DNA from: an uncultured delta proteobacterium | Lineage (GTDB): Bacteria > Myxococcota_A > Polyangia > Polyangiales > JAFGIB01 | Assembly: GCA_963778655.1 (NCBI GenBank) | Contig: CAVZVA010000002.1 | Location: 160,001-224,000 of the forward strand | Direction: 5' to 3' | Length of the DNA stretch: 64,000 nt | Shown: positions 39,820-49,863 of the stretch, in pieces | Position numbering within the stretch: the first letter of the stretch is position 1 | How the letters are laid out: every line of letters begins with the position of its first letter | Made by a program: the position numbers and the translations under genes | The notes under the pieces: generated by a model | Told to the model about the DNA's origin: nothing | What the model saw: only the letters and a program-made list of their open reading frames with translations | Databases searched by the model: none

Positions 39820-41601
39820 ATGGCGGCGAGCCTCGTGCTGCTGCTGGGCCTGCTGCCGGCCTGCAGCAAGCTCGGCTGCGGCGGCGCGGGCGCAGGCCGC
39901 GGCTCCAAGAAGATCTTTCATTATCTGCGCACCTCGGCTCACAAGAGCCTGGACCCGGTGCGGGAGTTCGACTCCGCCTCGGCCGAGGTGGTGACCAACG
40001 TCTACGACACCTTGCTGCAGTACAGCTATCTGAAGCGGCCCTACCAGCTCGAGCCCGACTTGTTGACCAAGCTGCCGGAGCTGAGCCCGGACGGCCTGCG
40101 CTATAGCTTCGAGCTGCGCGGCGACGTGCGCTTCGCCGACGACCCGTGCTTCCCGCACGGCAAGGGTCGGACCCTGACCGCCGACGACGTAATCTATTCG
40201 ATCAAGCGCTTCGCCGACGCCAATCTCAACGCCAAGAGCTACTCGCTGATGCAGGGCGTGGTCGAGGGCATGGACGCGTTCCGCCAGCAGACCAAGCGCC
40301 TGGGCAAGGGGGTCGACTACGCCAAGCTCCAGATCAGCGGATTGCAGAAGCAGGACGCACGCCACTTCACCATGCAGCTCACCCGGGCCAATCCGCTGGC
40401 GCTGCTTCCGCTGGCGTCGTCGCAGCTCTCGATCGTGCCGCACGAGGCGGTCGAGCACTACGGGCGGCAGTTCGAAGAGCACCCGGTCGGCACCGGCCCG
40501 TTCCGGATCAAGGTGTTCTCGCGCCGCGGCGTGATCATCCTGGAGAAGAACCCCCACTATCACCTCACCTACCCGAGCGAGGGCGCGCCCGGAGACGCCG
40601 AGCGCGGTCTGCTGCGCGACGCCGGCAAGCGACTGCCGCTGGTCGACGAGGTGCAGCTGCCGCTGATCGAGGAGCCACAGCCCGCGATGCTGCGCTTCCT
40701 CAGCGGCCAGCTCGACTGGATCGGGATGGACCGCGACAACTTCGTCAAGATGGCCTATCGCGACGACTCGGGCTTCCACCTCAGGCCCGCGTACGCCAAG
40801 CGGTTTTCGATTTACTCCGAGCCGTATCTGGCCATCGAGTACTTCGCGTTCAATATGAAGGACGCGCTGGTCGGCAAGAACAAGGCGCTGCGTCAGGCGC
40901 TGGCCTACGCGCTCGACATCCCAGGCTTCCTGCAGAAGATGCGCAATGGTCGCGGCGTCGCGATCAAGACGCTGCTGCCCGATCCGATCGCCGGCAGCGA
41001 GCTGGACGTGCACACCCCCTGGTACAGCCATGACCTCGCGAAGGCCAAGCAGATGCTGGCCGAGGCCGGCTATCCGGACGGCAAGGGGCTGCCCCCGATC
41101 ACGATCGAGTATCGCAATTCCAACACGCTCGCGCGCCAGGAGTTCGAGTTTCACCGCGCCGAGGTGGCGCAGGCAGGCATCACGCTCAAGGCCAACTTCC
41201 AAACCTTTTCGGCGTTCCTGGAGCGGGTCGAGGTGACCGGCAACTTCCAGATGACCGACTCGGGCTGGCAGGCCGACTACCCCGATGGCGAGAACTTCTA
41301 CCAGCTGCTGTATTCGGCCAACAAGGTTCCCGGTCCCAACACCTCGAGCTACTCCAATCCCGAGTACGACCGGCTCTACGAGCAGGCGCGCTTCATGCCC
41401 AACGGGCCCGAGCGCTACGCGTTGTTCGCGCGCATGAACGACATCATCCGCGAGGACGTGCCGATCATCTTCACCTGGGAGCCAATCGCGGTGGGCCTGG
41501 TGCAGCCCTGGCTCAAGAATCTCAAACGCAACATGATGCTCGACCTTCCTGCGAAGTACGTCGACATCGATCTCGCGGCCGAGCGCAAGGGAGCACGCTG
41601 A
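39820..41601 (+). CDS. oppA: ABC transporter substrate-binding lipoprotein, family 5 (OppA/DppA-like)
   Basis: LPAC lipobox, SLDP, YDTL, PVGTGPF, LRQAL, AKQMLAEAGYP, WQADYPD; alternative GTG at 39784. Confidence 0.9.
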   Translation: MAASLVLLLGLLPACSKLGCGGAGAGRGSKKIFHYLRTSAHKSLDPVREFDSASAEVVTNVYDTLLQYSYLKRPYQLEPDLLTKLPELSPDGLRYSFELRGDVRFADDPCFPHGKGRTLTADDVIYSIKRFADANLNAKSYSLMQGVVEGMDAFRQQTKRLGKGVDYAKLQISGLQKQDARHFTMQLTRANPLALLPLASSQLSIVPHEAVEHYGRQFEEHPVGTGPFRIKVFSRRGVIILEKNPHYHLTYPSEGAPGDAERGLLRDAGKRLPLVDEVQLPLIEEPQPAMLRFLSGQLDWIGMDRDNFVKMAYRDDSGFHLRPAYAKRFSIYSEPYLAIEYFAFNMKDALVGKNKALRQALAYALDIPGFLQKMRNGRGVAIKTLLPDPIAGSELDVHTPWYSHDLAKAKQMLAEAGYPDGKGLPPITIEYRNSNTLARQEFEFHRAEVAQAGITLKANFQTFSAFLERVEVTGNFQMTDSGWQADYPDGENFYQLLYSANKVPGPNTSSYSNPEYDRLYEQARFMPNGPERYALFARMNDIIREDVPIIFTWEPIAVGLVQPWLKNLKRNMMLDLPAKYVDIDLAAERKGAR

Positions 41602-42533
41602 TGCTGGCCTACGTGGTGCGTCGCCTGCTCGGGATGATTCCGGTACTGCTCGGCGTCGCGCTGCTGGTGTTCCTGCTGTTCAACACCGTGGGTGAAGACC
41701 CGGTGCGGGTCGCCCTGGGACAGCACGCCACCCCGCAGTCGATCGCCGATCTGCGCCACGAGTGGGGCCTGGACAAGCCGCTGCCGCTGCAGTTCGTGGA
41801 CTTCCTGCGCCAGATCGTCACCTTCGACTACGGGCGCTCCTACAACAGCGGCGAGCGCCTGAGCGACATGTTCGCGGCCGGTGCACCGGTCTCGCTGCTG
41901 CTGACGGTACCGCCGTTCGTGTTCGGCTTCATCCTCAACGTCTCGCTCGGGCTACTGATCGCGTACTACCGCGGTAGCTGGCTCGACCGCATCTCGACGG
42001 CGGTCTTCATCATGGCGATGAGCATCTCGTACCTGGTGTACATCATCGCCATGCAGTACTTCCTCGGCTTCAAGCTCGGCTGGTTTCCGATCAGCGGCTA
42101 CGCGCCCGGAATCGAGGGGCTGCAATACCTGGTGCTGCCGTGGCTGATCATCCTGGTGGTCGGCATCGGCCCCGACGTGCGCATCTACCGCACGGTGTTC
42201 CTGGACGAGACCCAGGCCGACTACGTGCGCACCGCGCGGGCCAAGGGCGTCGGGGAGCTGCGTGTGCTGTTCGGGCACGTGCTCAAGAACGCGATGATCC
42301 CGATCGTCACCTACACCATGGTCGCGGTGCCCTTCCTGATCCTGGGCGCCTTTCTGATGGAGCGCTTCTTCAGCTTGCCGGGGATCGGCGACTTGATGAT
42401 CAACGCCATCAACAACGGTGATTTCCCCGTGCTCAAAGGGCTGACCATGATCATCGCGCTGGGCTACTCCGGGGTGGTTCTGCTGACCGACATCATTTAC
42501 GCGTGGGTCGACCCGCGGGTGTCGCTGGATTGA
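41601..42533 (+). CDS. oppB: Oligopeptide ABC transporter permease (OppB-like)
   Basis: GLDKPL, DYVRTARAKG EAA-type loop, HVLKNAMIP, DPRV. Confidence 0.92.
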   Translation: MLAYVVRRLLGMIPVLLGVALLVFLLFNTVGEDPVRVALGQHATPQSIADLRHEWGLDKPLPLQFVDFLRQIVTFDYGRSYNSGERLSDMFAAGAPVSLLLTVPPFVFGFILNVSLGLLIAYYRGSWLDRISTAVFIMAMSISYLVYIIAMQYFLGFKLGWFPISGYAPGIEGLQYLVLPWLIILVVGIGPDVRIYRTVFLDETQADYVRTARAKGVGELRVLFGHVLKNAMIPIVTYTMVAVPFLILGAFLMERFFSLPGIGDLMINAINNGDFPVLKGLTMIIALGYSGVVLLTDIIYAWVDPRVSLD

Positions 42534-42548
42534 CGGCTCGGACGGCGC

Positions 42549-43412
42549 ATGGGCAGCGAGGCTGAACGAGAAACGCTGTGGAGGCGAGCGTTTCGCCAGC
42601 TAAGAAGGCGGCGGCTGGTGGTCGCGTGCTTCGTCACGATCGCGATCTACCTCGCGATCGCCGCGCTCGGGGTGCTGGGACTGTTGCCGGACTACCAGGC
42701 CCGCGTCGGCGCGTCCTACCAGCCGCCGGCCACCAGCCTGACCCTGATGCTCGGCACCGACATCTTCGGGCGTTCAGTGCTGTACAAGATCCTCGCCGGC
42801 ACCAAGACCGCCATGCTTATCGGGCTGCTGGTGCCGACGATCGCGGTGCCGGTCGGCGTGGTGCTGGGCGCGCTAGCCGGCTACTACGGGGGCTGGGTCG
42901 ACGCGCTGGTGGTGTGGCTGTTCTCGGTGGTCTCGGCGCTGCCGGAGATCCTGATCGTGGTGGCGATCTCGTTCGTGCTCGGCAAGGGCATGTCGGCGAT
43001 CTGCATCGCCATGGGGAGCGTGGGCTGGGTCGGTTTGTGCCGGCTGGTGCGCGGCGAATTCATCAAGCACCGGGGGCGCGAGTACGTGCTGGCCTCGCGC
43101 CTGCTCGGCGCCACCAGCCGCCGCGTGATCTTCGTCCACATCCTGCCCAACGTGGTGCACCTGGCGATCATCACCACCTCGCTCGAGGTGCTGTCCGCGA
43201 TCAAGAGCGAGGTGATCCTGACCTACCTCGGCGTGGGCGTGCAGGACGGCGCGAGCTGGGGCACGATGATCTCGGACGCCTCGGGCGAGCTGGTGCAGGG
43301 CATCTGGTGGCCGCTCGCCGGCACCGTGCTGGCGATGTTCTTCCTGATCTACGCGCTCAACGTCGCAGGTGACGCGCTGCGCGACGCCCTCGACCCCAAG
43401 CTGCTGGAGTGA
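42549..43412 (+). CDS. oppC: Oligopeptide ABC transporter permease (OppC-like)
   Basis: LGTDIFGR, EYVLASRLLGA, HILPN, GDALRDALDP. Confidence 0.92.
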   Translation: MGSEAERETLWRRAFRQLRRRRLVVACFVTIAIYLAIAALGVLGLLPDYQARVGASYQPPATSLTLMLGTDIFGRSVLYKILAGTKTAMLIGLLVPTIAVPVGVVLGALAGYYGGWVDALVVWLFSVVSALPEILIVVAISFVLGKGMSAICIAMGSVGWVGLCRLVRGEFIKHRGREYVLASRLLGATSRRVIFVHILPNVVHLAIITTSLEVLSAIKSEVILTYLGVGVQDGASWGTMISDASGELVQGIWWPLAGTVLAMFFLIYALNVAGDALRDALDPKLLE

Positions 43413-43432
43413 GCGGGAGCCCCGAGGAGGCA

Positions 43433-43482
43433 ACGGGAAGACGGGAAGAACAAGGCGGATTCTTCGCTTCCCGTCTTCCCGT
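43433..43482. repeat. Family A octamer palindrome, copy 3 (possible bidirectional terminator)
   Basis: Perfect 16-bp inverted repeat (ACGGGAAG)2 - 18 nt - (CTTCCCGT)2 between convergent oppC and helicase. Confidence 0.8.
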
Positions 43483-43487
43483 AGCAG

Positions 43488-45527
43488 CTATCCCCGTGGT
43501 GCGCCGTCGCGGCTGCGGAGGAAGGCGCGGCCGAGCTCGGCGATTTCGCCGAAGTCGAGCTCCTTCTTCTCGGGACGCTCGTACTGCTCCACGTGCGGTT
43601 CGGGCAGATTGTCGAGGAAGCGCGAGGGAGTCAGCTCGATGCGCTGCCCGCGTAGCATGCGCCGCCGGCTGCGGCACAGATACAGCCGCTCGCGCGCACG
43701 CGTGACGCCGACGTAGAACAAGCGGCGCTCCTCCTCGACATCGGCCACGGTCGCCTCGCTGACCTTGGGATCGGTGGTGCGGCTGTGCGGCAGCTGGCCC
43801 TCGACGCAGCCGATCAGAAACACCACGTCGAACTCGAGCCCCTTGGCCCCGTGCAGCGTCGACAGCGTGATCGCGTCGCCAGCCGCCGGCTCCTCGCCAC
43901 CTACGTTGAGCGCGACGCGCTCGAGAAAGCCCGACAGGCCGCGGCGGTCGCCACCGGTCTCGCGCTCGAAGCGCTCCAGCCAGCCGACGAAGTGCTCCAC
44001 GTTGGCCCAGCGCATCGCGCCGCCATCGCCGCCCTCGGCCGCGTCCACCAGGTGGTGGCGTACGCCCGCTTCCTCGACCAGCTCGCGCGCCAGCCGCGCC
44101 ATGCCCTCCCCTGTCGCGGCGCGCTTGCGGAAGCGCGCGATCATCACGTTGAAGGCCTCGATCGAGCGCCGCGCCGCGTCGGCGAGCCCCTCGACCTGCG
44201 CCGGCTCGGCCAGCGCGCGCGCAAACGACAGCGCGGCGCGCTCCGCCTGCGCCTGCACCTGCTCGACCGCCCGCGGCCCGATGCCGCGCGGCGGCTGGTT
44301 GAGGATGCGCCGCAGCGACACCTCGTCGCCCGGATTGATCAGCACGCGCAGGTAGGCCGCCACGTCCTTGACCTCGCGCCGGTCGAAGAACTGCGCGCCG
44401 CCGAACACGCGATACGCCAGACCTTCGGTGCGCAGCTCCTCCTCGACCAGGCGCGCCTGTAGATTCGAGCGGTACAGCACCGCGATCGCGCCGAGCGCGA
44501 CCCCCGAGCGCACCAGCTCGCGCGCCTCGCGGGCCACCAGCTTGGCCTCGTCGACCGGATCGTCGCACACGCACACCCGCACCCGATCGCCGCCCTTGCG
44601 CGCGGCGCGCAACGTCTTGTCGTGCCGCCGGCCGCCGCTCTTGGCGATCGCGGCGTTCGCCACCGCGAGGACCGCCTCGCGTGACCTGTAGTTGTGCTCG
44701 AGCTTGACCATGCGCGCGCCAGCGAAGTGACGCTCGAAGTCCAGGATGTTGCTCACGTCGGCGCCTCGCCAGGCGTAGATCGACTGATCGTCGTCGCCGA
44801 CCACGCACACGTTGCCGCGCGCGTTCACCAGCAGCTTCAGCAACTCGAGCTGGACCTTGCTGGTGTCCTGGAACTCGTCCACCAGCACGTGGTCGAAGCG
44901 CTCGGCCCAGCGCGCCCGCAGCTCGGGCTTGCGCGCCAGCAGACGCACGGGCAACACCACCAGGTCGTCGAAGTCGAGCGCGCACATCGCCCGCAAGCGA
45001 GCCTCGTACTCCGGGTAAAGCTCCCGGGCGACGTCGTCGTACTCGAAGTCCGACTCGGGCACGTGCTCGGGAGGGAGCAACGCGTTCTTCCATAGCGAGA
45101 TGCGCGCCAGGATCGCCTGCGGGTCGAGCTTGCGCGCCGCCCCCGCCTTGCGCATCTCGCGCAGGATGTCCTTGACCACGCCCGTGCTGTCGGCCTGGTC
45201 GAAGACCACGAAACGCCCCGGCAGCCGCAGCGCGCGCTTCTCCTCGCGCGTGAAGCGCAGGCCGAAGCTGTGGAAGGTGCTCAGCCACAGCTTGCCCGTG
45301 GGCGCGCGGCCGATCAGCCCTACCATGCGCTCGGCCATCTCCTGGGCCGCCTTGTTAGTGAAGCTGACCGCGAGGATGCGCTCGGGATCGACCCCGCGCC
45401 GGCGCACCAGGGTCGCGATGCGATGGGTGATCACACGTGTCTTGCCGCTGCCCGCTCCGGCCAGAATCAGCAGCGGCCCGTCTCCATGGTCGACCGCGGC
45501 CCGCTGTGCTGCGTTGAGCTCCGGCAT
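43488..45527 (-). CDS. UvrD/Rep family ATP-dependent DNA helicase
   Basis: LAGAGSGKT, VDEFQD, GDDDQSIYAWRGA, LEHNYRS, STLHGAKGLEF, EERRLFYVGVTRA. Confidence 0.96.
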   Translation of the reverse strand: MPELNAAQRAAVDHGDGPLLILAGAGSGKTRVITHRIATLVRRRGVDPERILAVSFTNKAAQEMAERMVGLIGRAPTGKLWLSTFHSFGLRFTREEKRALRLPGRFVVFDQADSTGVVKDILREMRKAGAARKLDPQAILARISLWKNALLPPEHVPESDFEYDDVARELYPEYEARLRAMCALDFDDLVVLPVRLLARKPELRARWAERFDHVLVDEFQDTSKVQLELLKLLVNARGNVCVVGDDDQSIYAWRGADVSNILDFERHFAGARMVKLEHNYRSREAVLAVANAAIAKSGGRRHDKTLRAARKGGDRVRVCVCDDPVDEAKLVAREARELVRSGVALGAIAVLYRSNLQARLVEEELRTEGLAYRVFGGAQFFDRREVKDVAAYLRVLINPGDEVSLRRILNQPPRGIGPRAVEQVQAQAERAALSFARALAEPAQVEGLADAARRSIEAFNVMIARFRKRAATGEGMARLARELVEEAGVRHHLVDAAEGGDGGAMRWANVEHFVGWLERFERETGGDRRGLSGFLERVALNVGGEEPAAGDAITLSTLHGAKGLEFDVVFLIGCVEGQLPHSRTTDPKVSEATVADVEEERRLFYVGVTRARERLYLCRSRRRMLRGQRIELTPSRFLDNLPEPHVEQYERPEKKELDFGEIAELGRAFLRSRDGAPRG

Positions 45528-45817
45528 CGTCGCTACGCGCGGACCGGCCGCGTGGCCAGCGTCGGTCCGAGCGCCGCAAGCTTCACGATCGCGCGGCTGC
45601 TGTCAACGCAAAATCCGAGCCCGGGCTCGTGGCCGCAGCGTGAATTTCGACGACGAAAGGTAACCGCTTGACGGGGCCGGTAAAGGCCGTGTGCGTGCGC
45701 GGGTGACACGCTGAGACCAGAAGCGTGCGGAGCGAACGGGTAGATCGCGCCGGATTTCGGTCGGCCGGCGGGCAGCCGTCGGCGACGGGGGCGCGGTGGT
45801 CTTCAGGAGGTCTTGTC

Positions 45818-47422
45818 GTGCAGGGTTGCGCTACGTCGTTATTTGGGCTGTCGTGGTATCGGTGGTGGTTGTACGTGCTGTTGTGCGCGGGGCTGGCGGC
45901 GTTCGGCGAGGGCTGTCCCTCCTCCAACAAAGCAGGCGCGCCGATGCAGCAACCGGACGCGACCGGTGGCACGGGCGCGACTGACGGCAGCATCACCGGC
46001 ACCGGCGGCAGCAGCGCGCCGGCGGGAACCGGCGGTAGCAACGGCGGCGGGGGCACGGCCGGGGGCGCGGGCTCGGGCCCGAGCGGATCGGGCGGGAGCG
46101 GCGCCGGCGGAAACGGGGGCACGGGCGTCGCCGGTAGCGGCGGGGGCGGGAGCGATGGCGGCGTGAGCACCACCGACGGAGGCACGCCACCGCCCAACTC
46201 GATGACGCCCGACCCGATCGGTAATGCCAACCGCGCGCCGGGCTTCATCGATCTGTCGCCGCCGATGGGCGATCCGCTGCCCCAGCAGGGAGACTCCGTC
46301 TCACCCGCGCCTCCTGCGGGCTGGGACTGGTTCCAGATCGATGGCACCCAGTGCCGCGACGGGTCGCCAGCTGGCCTCTACGTGCACCAGGGCACGGGCA
46401 CCGGCCTGGTGATCTACCTGGAGGGCGGCGGTGCGTGCAGCAACGCGAATTACTGCGCCTTCAACCCCTCGAACGTGAACGAAGTGCTGGCCGGCGACGG
46501 CCAGGTCGTGATCGGCTCGGCCATCGGTGCCGGTCCGGGCCGGCAGCAGCCGGGCGCCTATACCGACGCCAGCCACACCGGCGCGCCAGCCGGCATCTTC
46601 GACACCTCGAACGCGGCCAACCCGTTCAAGGACTGGAGCCAGGTCTATATCCCGTACTGCACCGGCGACGTGCACTTCGGTGCCAAGGCGAACGGCATGG
46701 TGCCGGGCCTCGATACGCCGCAGCAGTTCGTGGGATACCTGAACATGAAGAAGTTCATCAGCCGCATCGTGCCGACGTTCAAGAGCCGGGTCACGCAGGT
46801 GGTGCTCGCCGGTGCGAGCGCGGGCGGGTTCGGCGCGGCGCTCAACTTCAGCATGGTGCAGGACTCATTCGGGGACATCCCGGTCGTGGTGGTAGACGAC
46901 TCCGGGCCGCCGTTCGACGACCAGCACATGCCGGTGTGCATGCAGAAGCGCTGGCGCGAGGCCTGGGGCTTGAACGCCGCGCTGCCGCCCGATTGCACCG
47001 AGTGCCAGCAGGCCGATGGAGGCGGCCTGCTCCTGCTGGCGAACTTCCTGCTGCGCAAGCACCCCAACTCTTCATTGGTGGTGATCTCGAGCATGGAGGA
47101 CGAGGTGATTCGCCTGTTCTACTCGGTGGGGCTCCAGGACTGCGCCAACTACGACACGGCCGACCCGGTGGCGGTGGTGCTGCTGCAGGCGGACCCTGGC
47201 ACGTACTTCCCCGCCGACCAGTACACCGGCGGGCTGAACGCGCTGCGCGACACCTACGGCGGCACCGGACGGCTCGGTACGTTCTTTCTGGGCGGCGACA
47301 ACATCACCTACCACCAGCACATCTTCCGCGACCGCTTCTACGACAGCAGCGTGGGCACGGAGTCGATCGCGAAGTACGTCTCGGACTTCCTCTCCGGCAC
47401 GATCGCCAACGTAGGGCCGTAG
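45818..47422 (+). CDS. Pectinacetylesterase/Notum-family hydrolase, probable lipoprotein
   Basis: AGGAGG RBS before GTG 45818, Gly/Thr-rich linker, CRDGS, YLEGGGAC, PYCTGDVH, GASAGG nucleophile motif. Confidence 0.88.
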   Translation: MQGCATSLFGLSWYRWWLYVLLCAGLAAFGEGCPSSNKAGAPMQQPDATGGTGATDGSITGTGGSSAPAGTGGSNGGGGTAGGAGSGPSGSGGSGAGGNGGTGVAGSGGGGSDGGVSTTDGGTPPPNSMTPDPIGNANRAPGFIDLSPPMGDPLPQQGDSVSPAPPAGWDWFQIDGTQCRDGSPAGLYVHQGTGTGLVIYLEGGGACSNANYCAFNPSNVNEVLAGDGQVVIGSAIGAGPGRQQPGAYTDASHTGAPAGIFDTSNAANPFKDWSQVYIPYCTGDVHFGAKANGMVPGLDTPQQFVGYLNMKKFISRIVPTFKSRVTQVVLAGASAGGFGAALNFSMVQDSFGDIPVVVVDDSGPPFDDQHMPVCMQKRWREAWGLNAALPPDCTECQQADGGGLLLLANFLLRKHPNSSLVVISSMEDEVIRLFYSVGLQDCANYDTADPVAVVLLQADPGTYFPADQYTGGLNALRDTYGGTGRLGTFFLGGDNITYHQHIFRDRFYDSSVGTESIAKYVSDFLSGTIANVGP

Positions 47423-47441
47423 AGCAATCCAGAACCATGAA

Positions 47442-47552
47442 ACAGGAAGACGGGAAGACGCGAAGGACCCCGTCTTGCTGTGATCCCCAACCGCGCCTCG
47501 CCTCCCGCGGGAAGGAGCGACGCTCGATCTTCCCGTCTTCCCGTCTTCCCGT
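47442..47552. repeat. Family A octamer palindrome, copy 4
   Basis: ACAGGAAG-ACGGGAAG-ACGCGAAG ... (CTTCCCGT)3 between convergent genes. Confidence 0.78.
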
Positions 47553-47602
47553 GATCCCCAAGCGCCTCGCTGCCAGCGGGACGGGACCGATCAGGTACGG
47601 GC

Positions 47603-48604
47603 TCAGCTGGTCAGCGCGGCCAGGATGCGGCGCTTGCCGCTGAACGTGGCGCGGCCGTGCATCGACAGCACGTTGTCCAGCACCAGCACGTCGCCGCGCT
47701 GCCAGGGGAAGGCGACGGTGTTGGCGTCGAGCGTGTCGAAGATGTGATAGAGGTCCTCGCGCGCGATCGGCGAGCCGTCGGCGTGGAAGACGTCGTGCAG
47801 GCGGGTGTGGGGACGCGCGTAGAGCAGATTCACCGCGACCCAGCGCCACCAGCCGATCAGGCGCGGGTTGAAGTCGTAGAGATGTGGCTGGCTGAACCAG
47901 ACCCACTCACCACTCTCCGGATGGGGGATGGCGGCGGGTCGCGTCTGGCTGATGGTGATCCAGCTGCCGTGCCAGCTGAACTCGAAATCGTGCTCGCGGC
48001 AGAGTTGCTCCACCTGCGCCCGATCCTCGGTCTCGAACACCGTGCGCCACGGTTTGTGCCCGGCCTGCAGCGTATTCAGGAAGTCCATGAACGCGCTGTC
48101 GCCGTAGTAGCGCGAGACGTACTTGAGCTTGCGCTGCATGAAGCGCTCGCGCACGGCCGGATCGAGCTTGTGGTAGATGCGCCGCGAGTCTCCGAGGATG
48201 GTCTCGCCGCGCTCGGGCGGCGGGACGTCGCAGTAGAAGAAGATGTGCTTGGGGTAGTCGCGCACGAAGGACATCTCGTTGTGCAGCGGGATCTTCACCG
48301 CGGGGGGGACCTCGGTCGAGGTGTAGATGGCGCCCTTGATCTTGTGGCGCGGGCTGTCGCCGCCGATGTAGTTGACCGAAGGACCCTTGGCCAGCGTGTC
48401 GATTACGGCGGCGAAGTCGTCCGCACCCTCGATCGGAAAGCCGCGTAGCAGCAGCCCGCCGTGCTCCAGTAGACGCGTATGCAATACGGGCAGGCAGCCA
48501 CGCAGCTGCTCGACCAGCTCCTCTGTGCTGGTCTTGCGCTTGGGCGAGATCACGAGCGGTAGCGGCTCGTTGCCGAAGCACGACAGGTCGAATGTCTCTT
48601 CCAT
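47603..48604 (-). CDS. TauD/TfdA family Fe(II)/2-oxoglutarate dioxygenase (SyrP-like)
   Basis: HGGLLLRGF, IPLHNEMS, GETILGD, WQRGDVLVLDN..HGR. Confidence 0.92.
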   Translation of the reverse strand: MEETFDLSCFGNEPLPLVISPKRKTSTEELVEQLRGCLPVLHTRLLEHGGLLLRGFPIEGADDFAAVIDTLAKGPSVNYIGGDSPRHKIKGAIYTSTEVPPAVKIPLHNEMSFVRDYPKHIFFYCDVPPPERGETILGDSRRIYHKLDPAVRERFMQRKLKYVSRYYGDSAFMDFLNTLQAGHKPWRTVFETEDRAQVEQLCREHDFEFSWHGSWITISQTRPAAIPHPESGEWVWFSQPHLYDFNPRLIGWWRWVAVNLLYARPHTRLHDVFHADGSPIAREDLYHIFDTLDANTVAFPWQRGDVLVLDNVLSMHGRATFSGKRRILAALTS

Positions 48605-48684
48605 CTCGCGCCCTCGCCGCGCTGTTCGCGCTCCGGCAGGAGGGGTAGCAAAGTGGCCTCGGGGGCGTCAATTGGTCGCGTATC

Positions 48685-48709
48685 GGGCAGGACACGCGCC
48701 CTCCCCGCC
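48685..48709. repeat. Family B repeat, partial copy
   Basis: AGGACACGCGCCCTCCCCGCC identical to the core at about 32412-32432. Confidence 0.5.
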
Positions 48710-48852
48710 AGGCACCGGCCTGCAAGCTGGCGCTCCCCGCGACCGCACGCGTTGACTTGACCGGATGGGCGCGATAGGTGGGGCTTCTGGTGGCCCTCGC
48801 GGTGCCGCCGCCGACCTCGGGCGGCCGTTGTTGCGCGGGCGCCCGCTGCTGC

Positions 48853-49116
48853 ATGAACCCAAGCCTGGCTGCGAGCACGACGAGCGAGCACGGAACGCGG
48901 CTGAGCGGGCCCGGTCTGTTCTGGTCCGCGTTGCGGGCGCGGCCGCTGCGGGTCGGGCTGGGGCTGTGCGTCGAGTACGCGATGTTCGCGGCTGCGGTGG
49001 GCCTGGCCCTGCTGCTGCGGCTGACCCGCACCCCGATGGCATGGCTGGATCGCATCTCGGGGCTGCGGCTACGGGAACGCATCGTGAGCGTGCTCGCGCG
49101 CTTGTCGCCCGGTTGA
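48853..49116 (+). CDS. Small hypothetical membrane protein
   Basis: One hydrophobic segment (VGLGLCVEYAMFAAAVGLALLL); stop 5 nt before the psd-like ATG. Confidence 0.5.
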   Translation: MNPSLAASTTSEHGTRLSGPGLFWSALRARPLRVGLGLCVEYAMFAAAVGLALLLRLTRTPMAWLDRISGLRLRERIVSVLARLSPG

Positions 49117-49121
49117 TCGCG

Positions 49122-49769
49122 ATGGACCCGCTCACCTTTCTGGCGTGGCGCTTCTACTACTTCTTCCGAGACCCGGTGCGAACGCCGCCCCAGGGGCGCG
49201 TGGTCTTGTCACCCGCGGACGGCTACCTGCTGTACGCGCGGCGGGTGCGCGGCGGGCAGGTGCCGAGCCCGATCAAGCAGGGCGTCGAGGTGCCGCTGCA
49301 GGAGTGGATCGGCGCAGTGCCGTACGCCGAGGACGGGACGCTGGTAGGGATCTACATGACGGCGCTGTCGGTGCACTACATCCGCTCGCCGGTGCCGGGC
49401 AGCATTGCGCGGGTGGTGCCGCGTCCGGCGCGCGGGGAGAACCTGCACCAGACGCGCACGTTCGTCCGCTTGCTGTGGGATATGCAGCCCTACGAGCAGG
49501 GCAGCCGCTACATCACGGAGAACGCACGCAACACGATCGCGATCGAAGGAGAGGTGCCGGCGGTGGTGGTGATGATCGCAGACCGCTACGTGCGGCACTG
49601 CGACAGCTTCGTGAGCGAGGGCGCGCAGGTAGCGGCCGGGGACAAGATCGGGATGATCCGGATGGGCTCGCAATGCGATCTGTACGTGCCGGACAGCGCC
49701 GGCGTGCGCTTCGATTGCAAGCCAGGCACCCGGGTGCTGGCCGGAGAAACCGTCCTCGGGACCTACTGA
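49122..49769 (+). CDS. psd: Phosphatidylserine decarboxylase family proenzyme
   Basis: FFRDP.R, SPADG, IYMTALSVHYIRSP, ENARN, GMIRMGSQCD self-cleavage-type motif, AGET. Confidence 0.82.
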   Translation: MDPLTFLAWRFYYFFRDPVRTPPQGRVVLSPADGYLLYARRVRGGQVPSPIKQGVEVPLQEWIGAVPYAEDGTLVGIYMTALSVHYIRSPVPGSIARVVPRPARGENLHQTRTFVRLLWDMQPYEQGSRYITENARNTIAIEGEVPAVVVMIADRYVRHCDSFVSEGAQVAAGDKIGMIRMGSQCDLYVPDSAGVRFDCKPGTRVLAGETVLGTY

Positions 49770-49817
49770 GGCCCCCCGCAACGCCTTCGTCGTCGTGGGC
49801 GTAGGAACGACTCGATC

Positions 49818-49841
49818 CTTCCCGCCTTCCTGTCTTCCTGT
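49818..49841. repeat. Family A octamer repeat, copy 5 (half element)
   Basis: CTTCCCGC-CTTCCTGT-CTTCCTGT preceded by CTCGATC as in copy 4; between convergent genes. Confidence 0.6.
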
Positions 49842-49863
49842 CTCTTATCTCTCGACCCCCGCC

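Noticed and set aside
38926..41601. Apparent 891-aa substrate-binding protein (similar extensions at 9847, 27020, 49864-52239 and 60589)
   Set aside because: The N-terminal extensions are out-of-frame overlaps of neighbouring genes; real starts are downstream, so these are not fusions
43488..45527. Helicase as part of an anti-phage defence system
   Set aside because: Standalone housekeeping-type UvrD/Rep with no adjacent nuclease or ATPase partner
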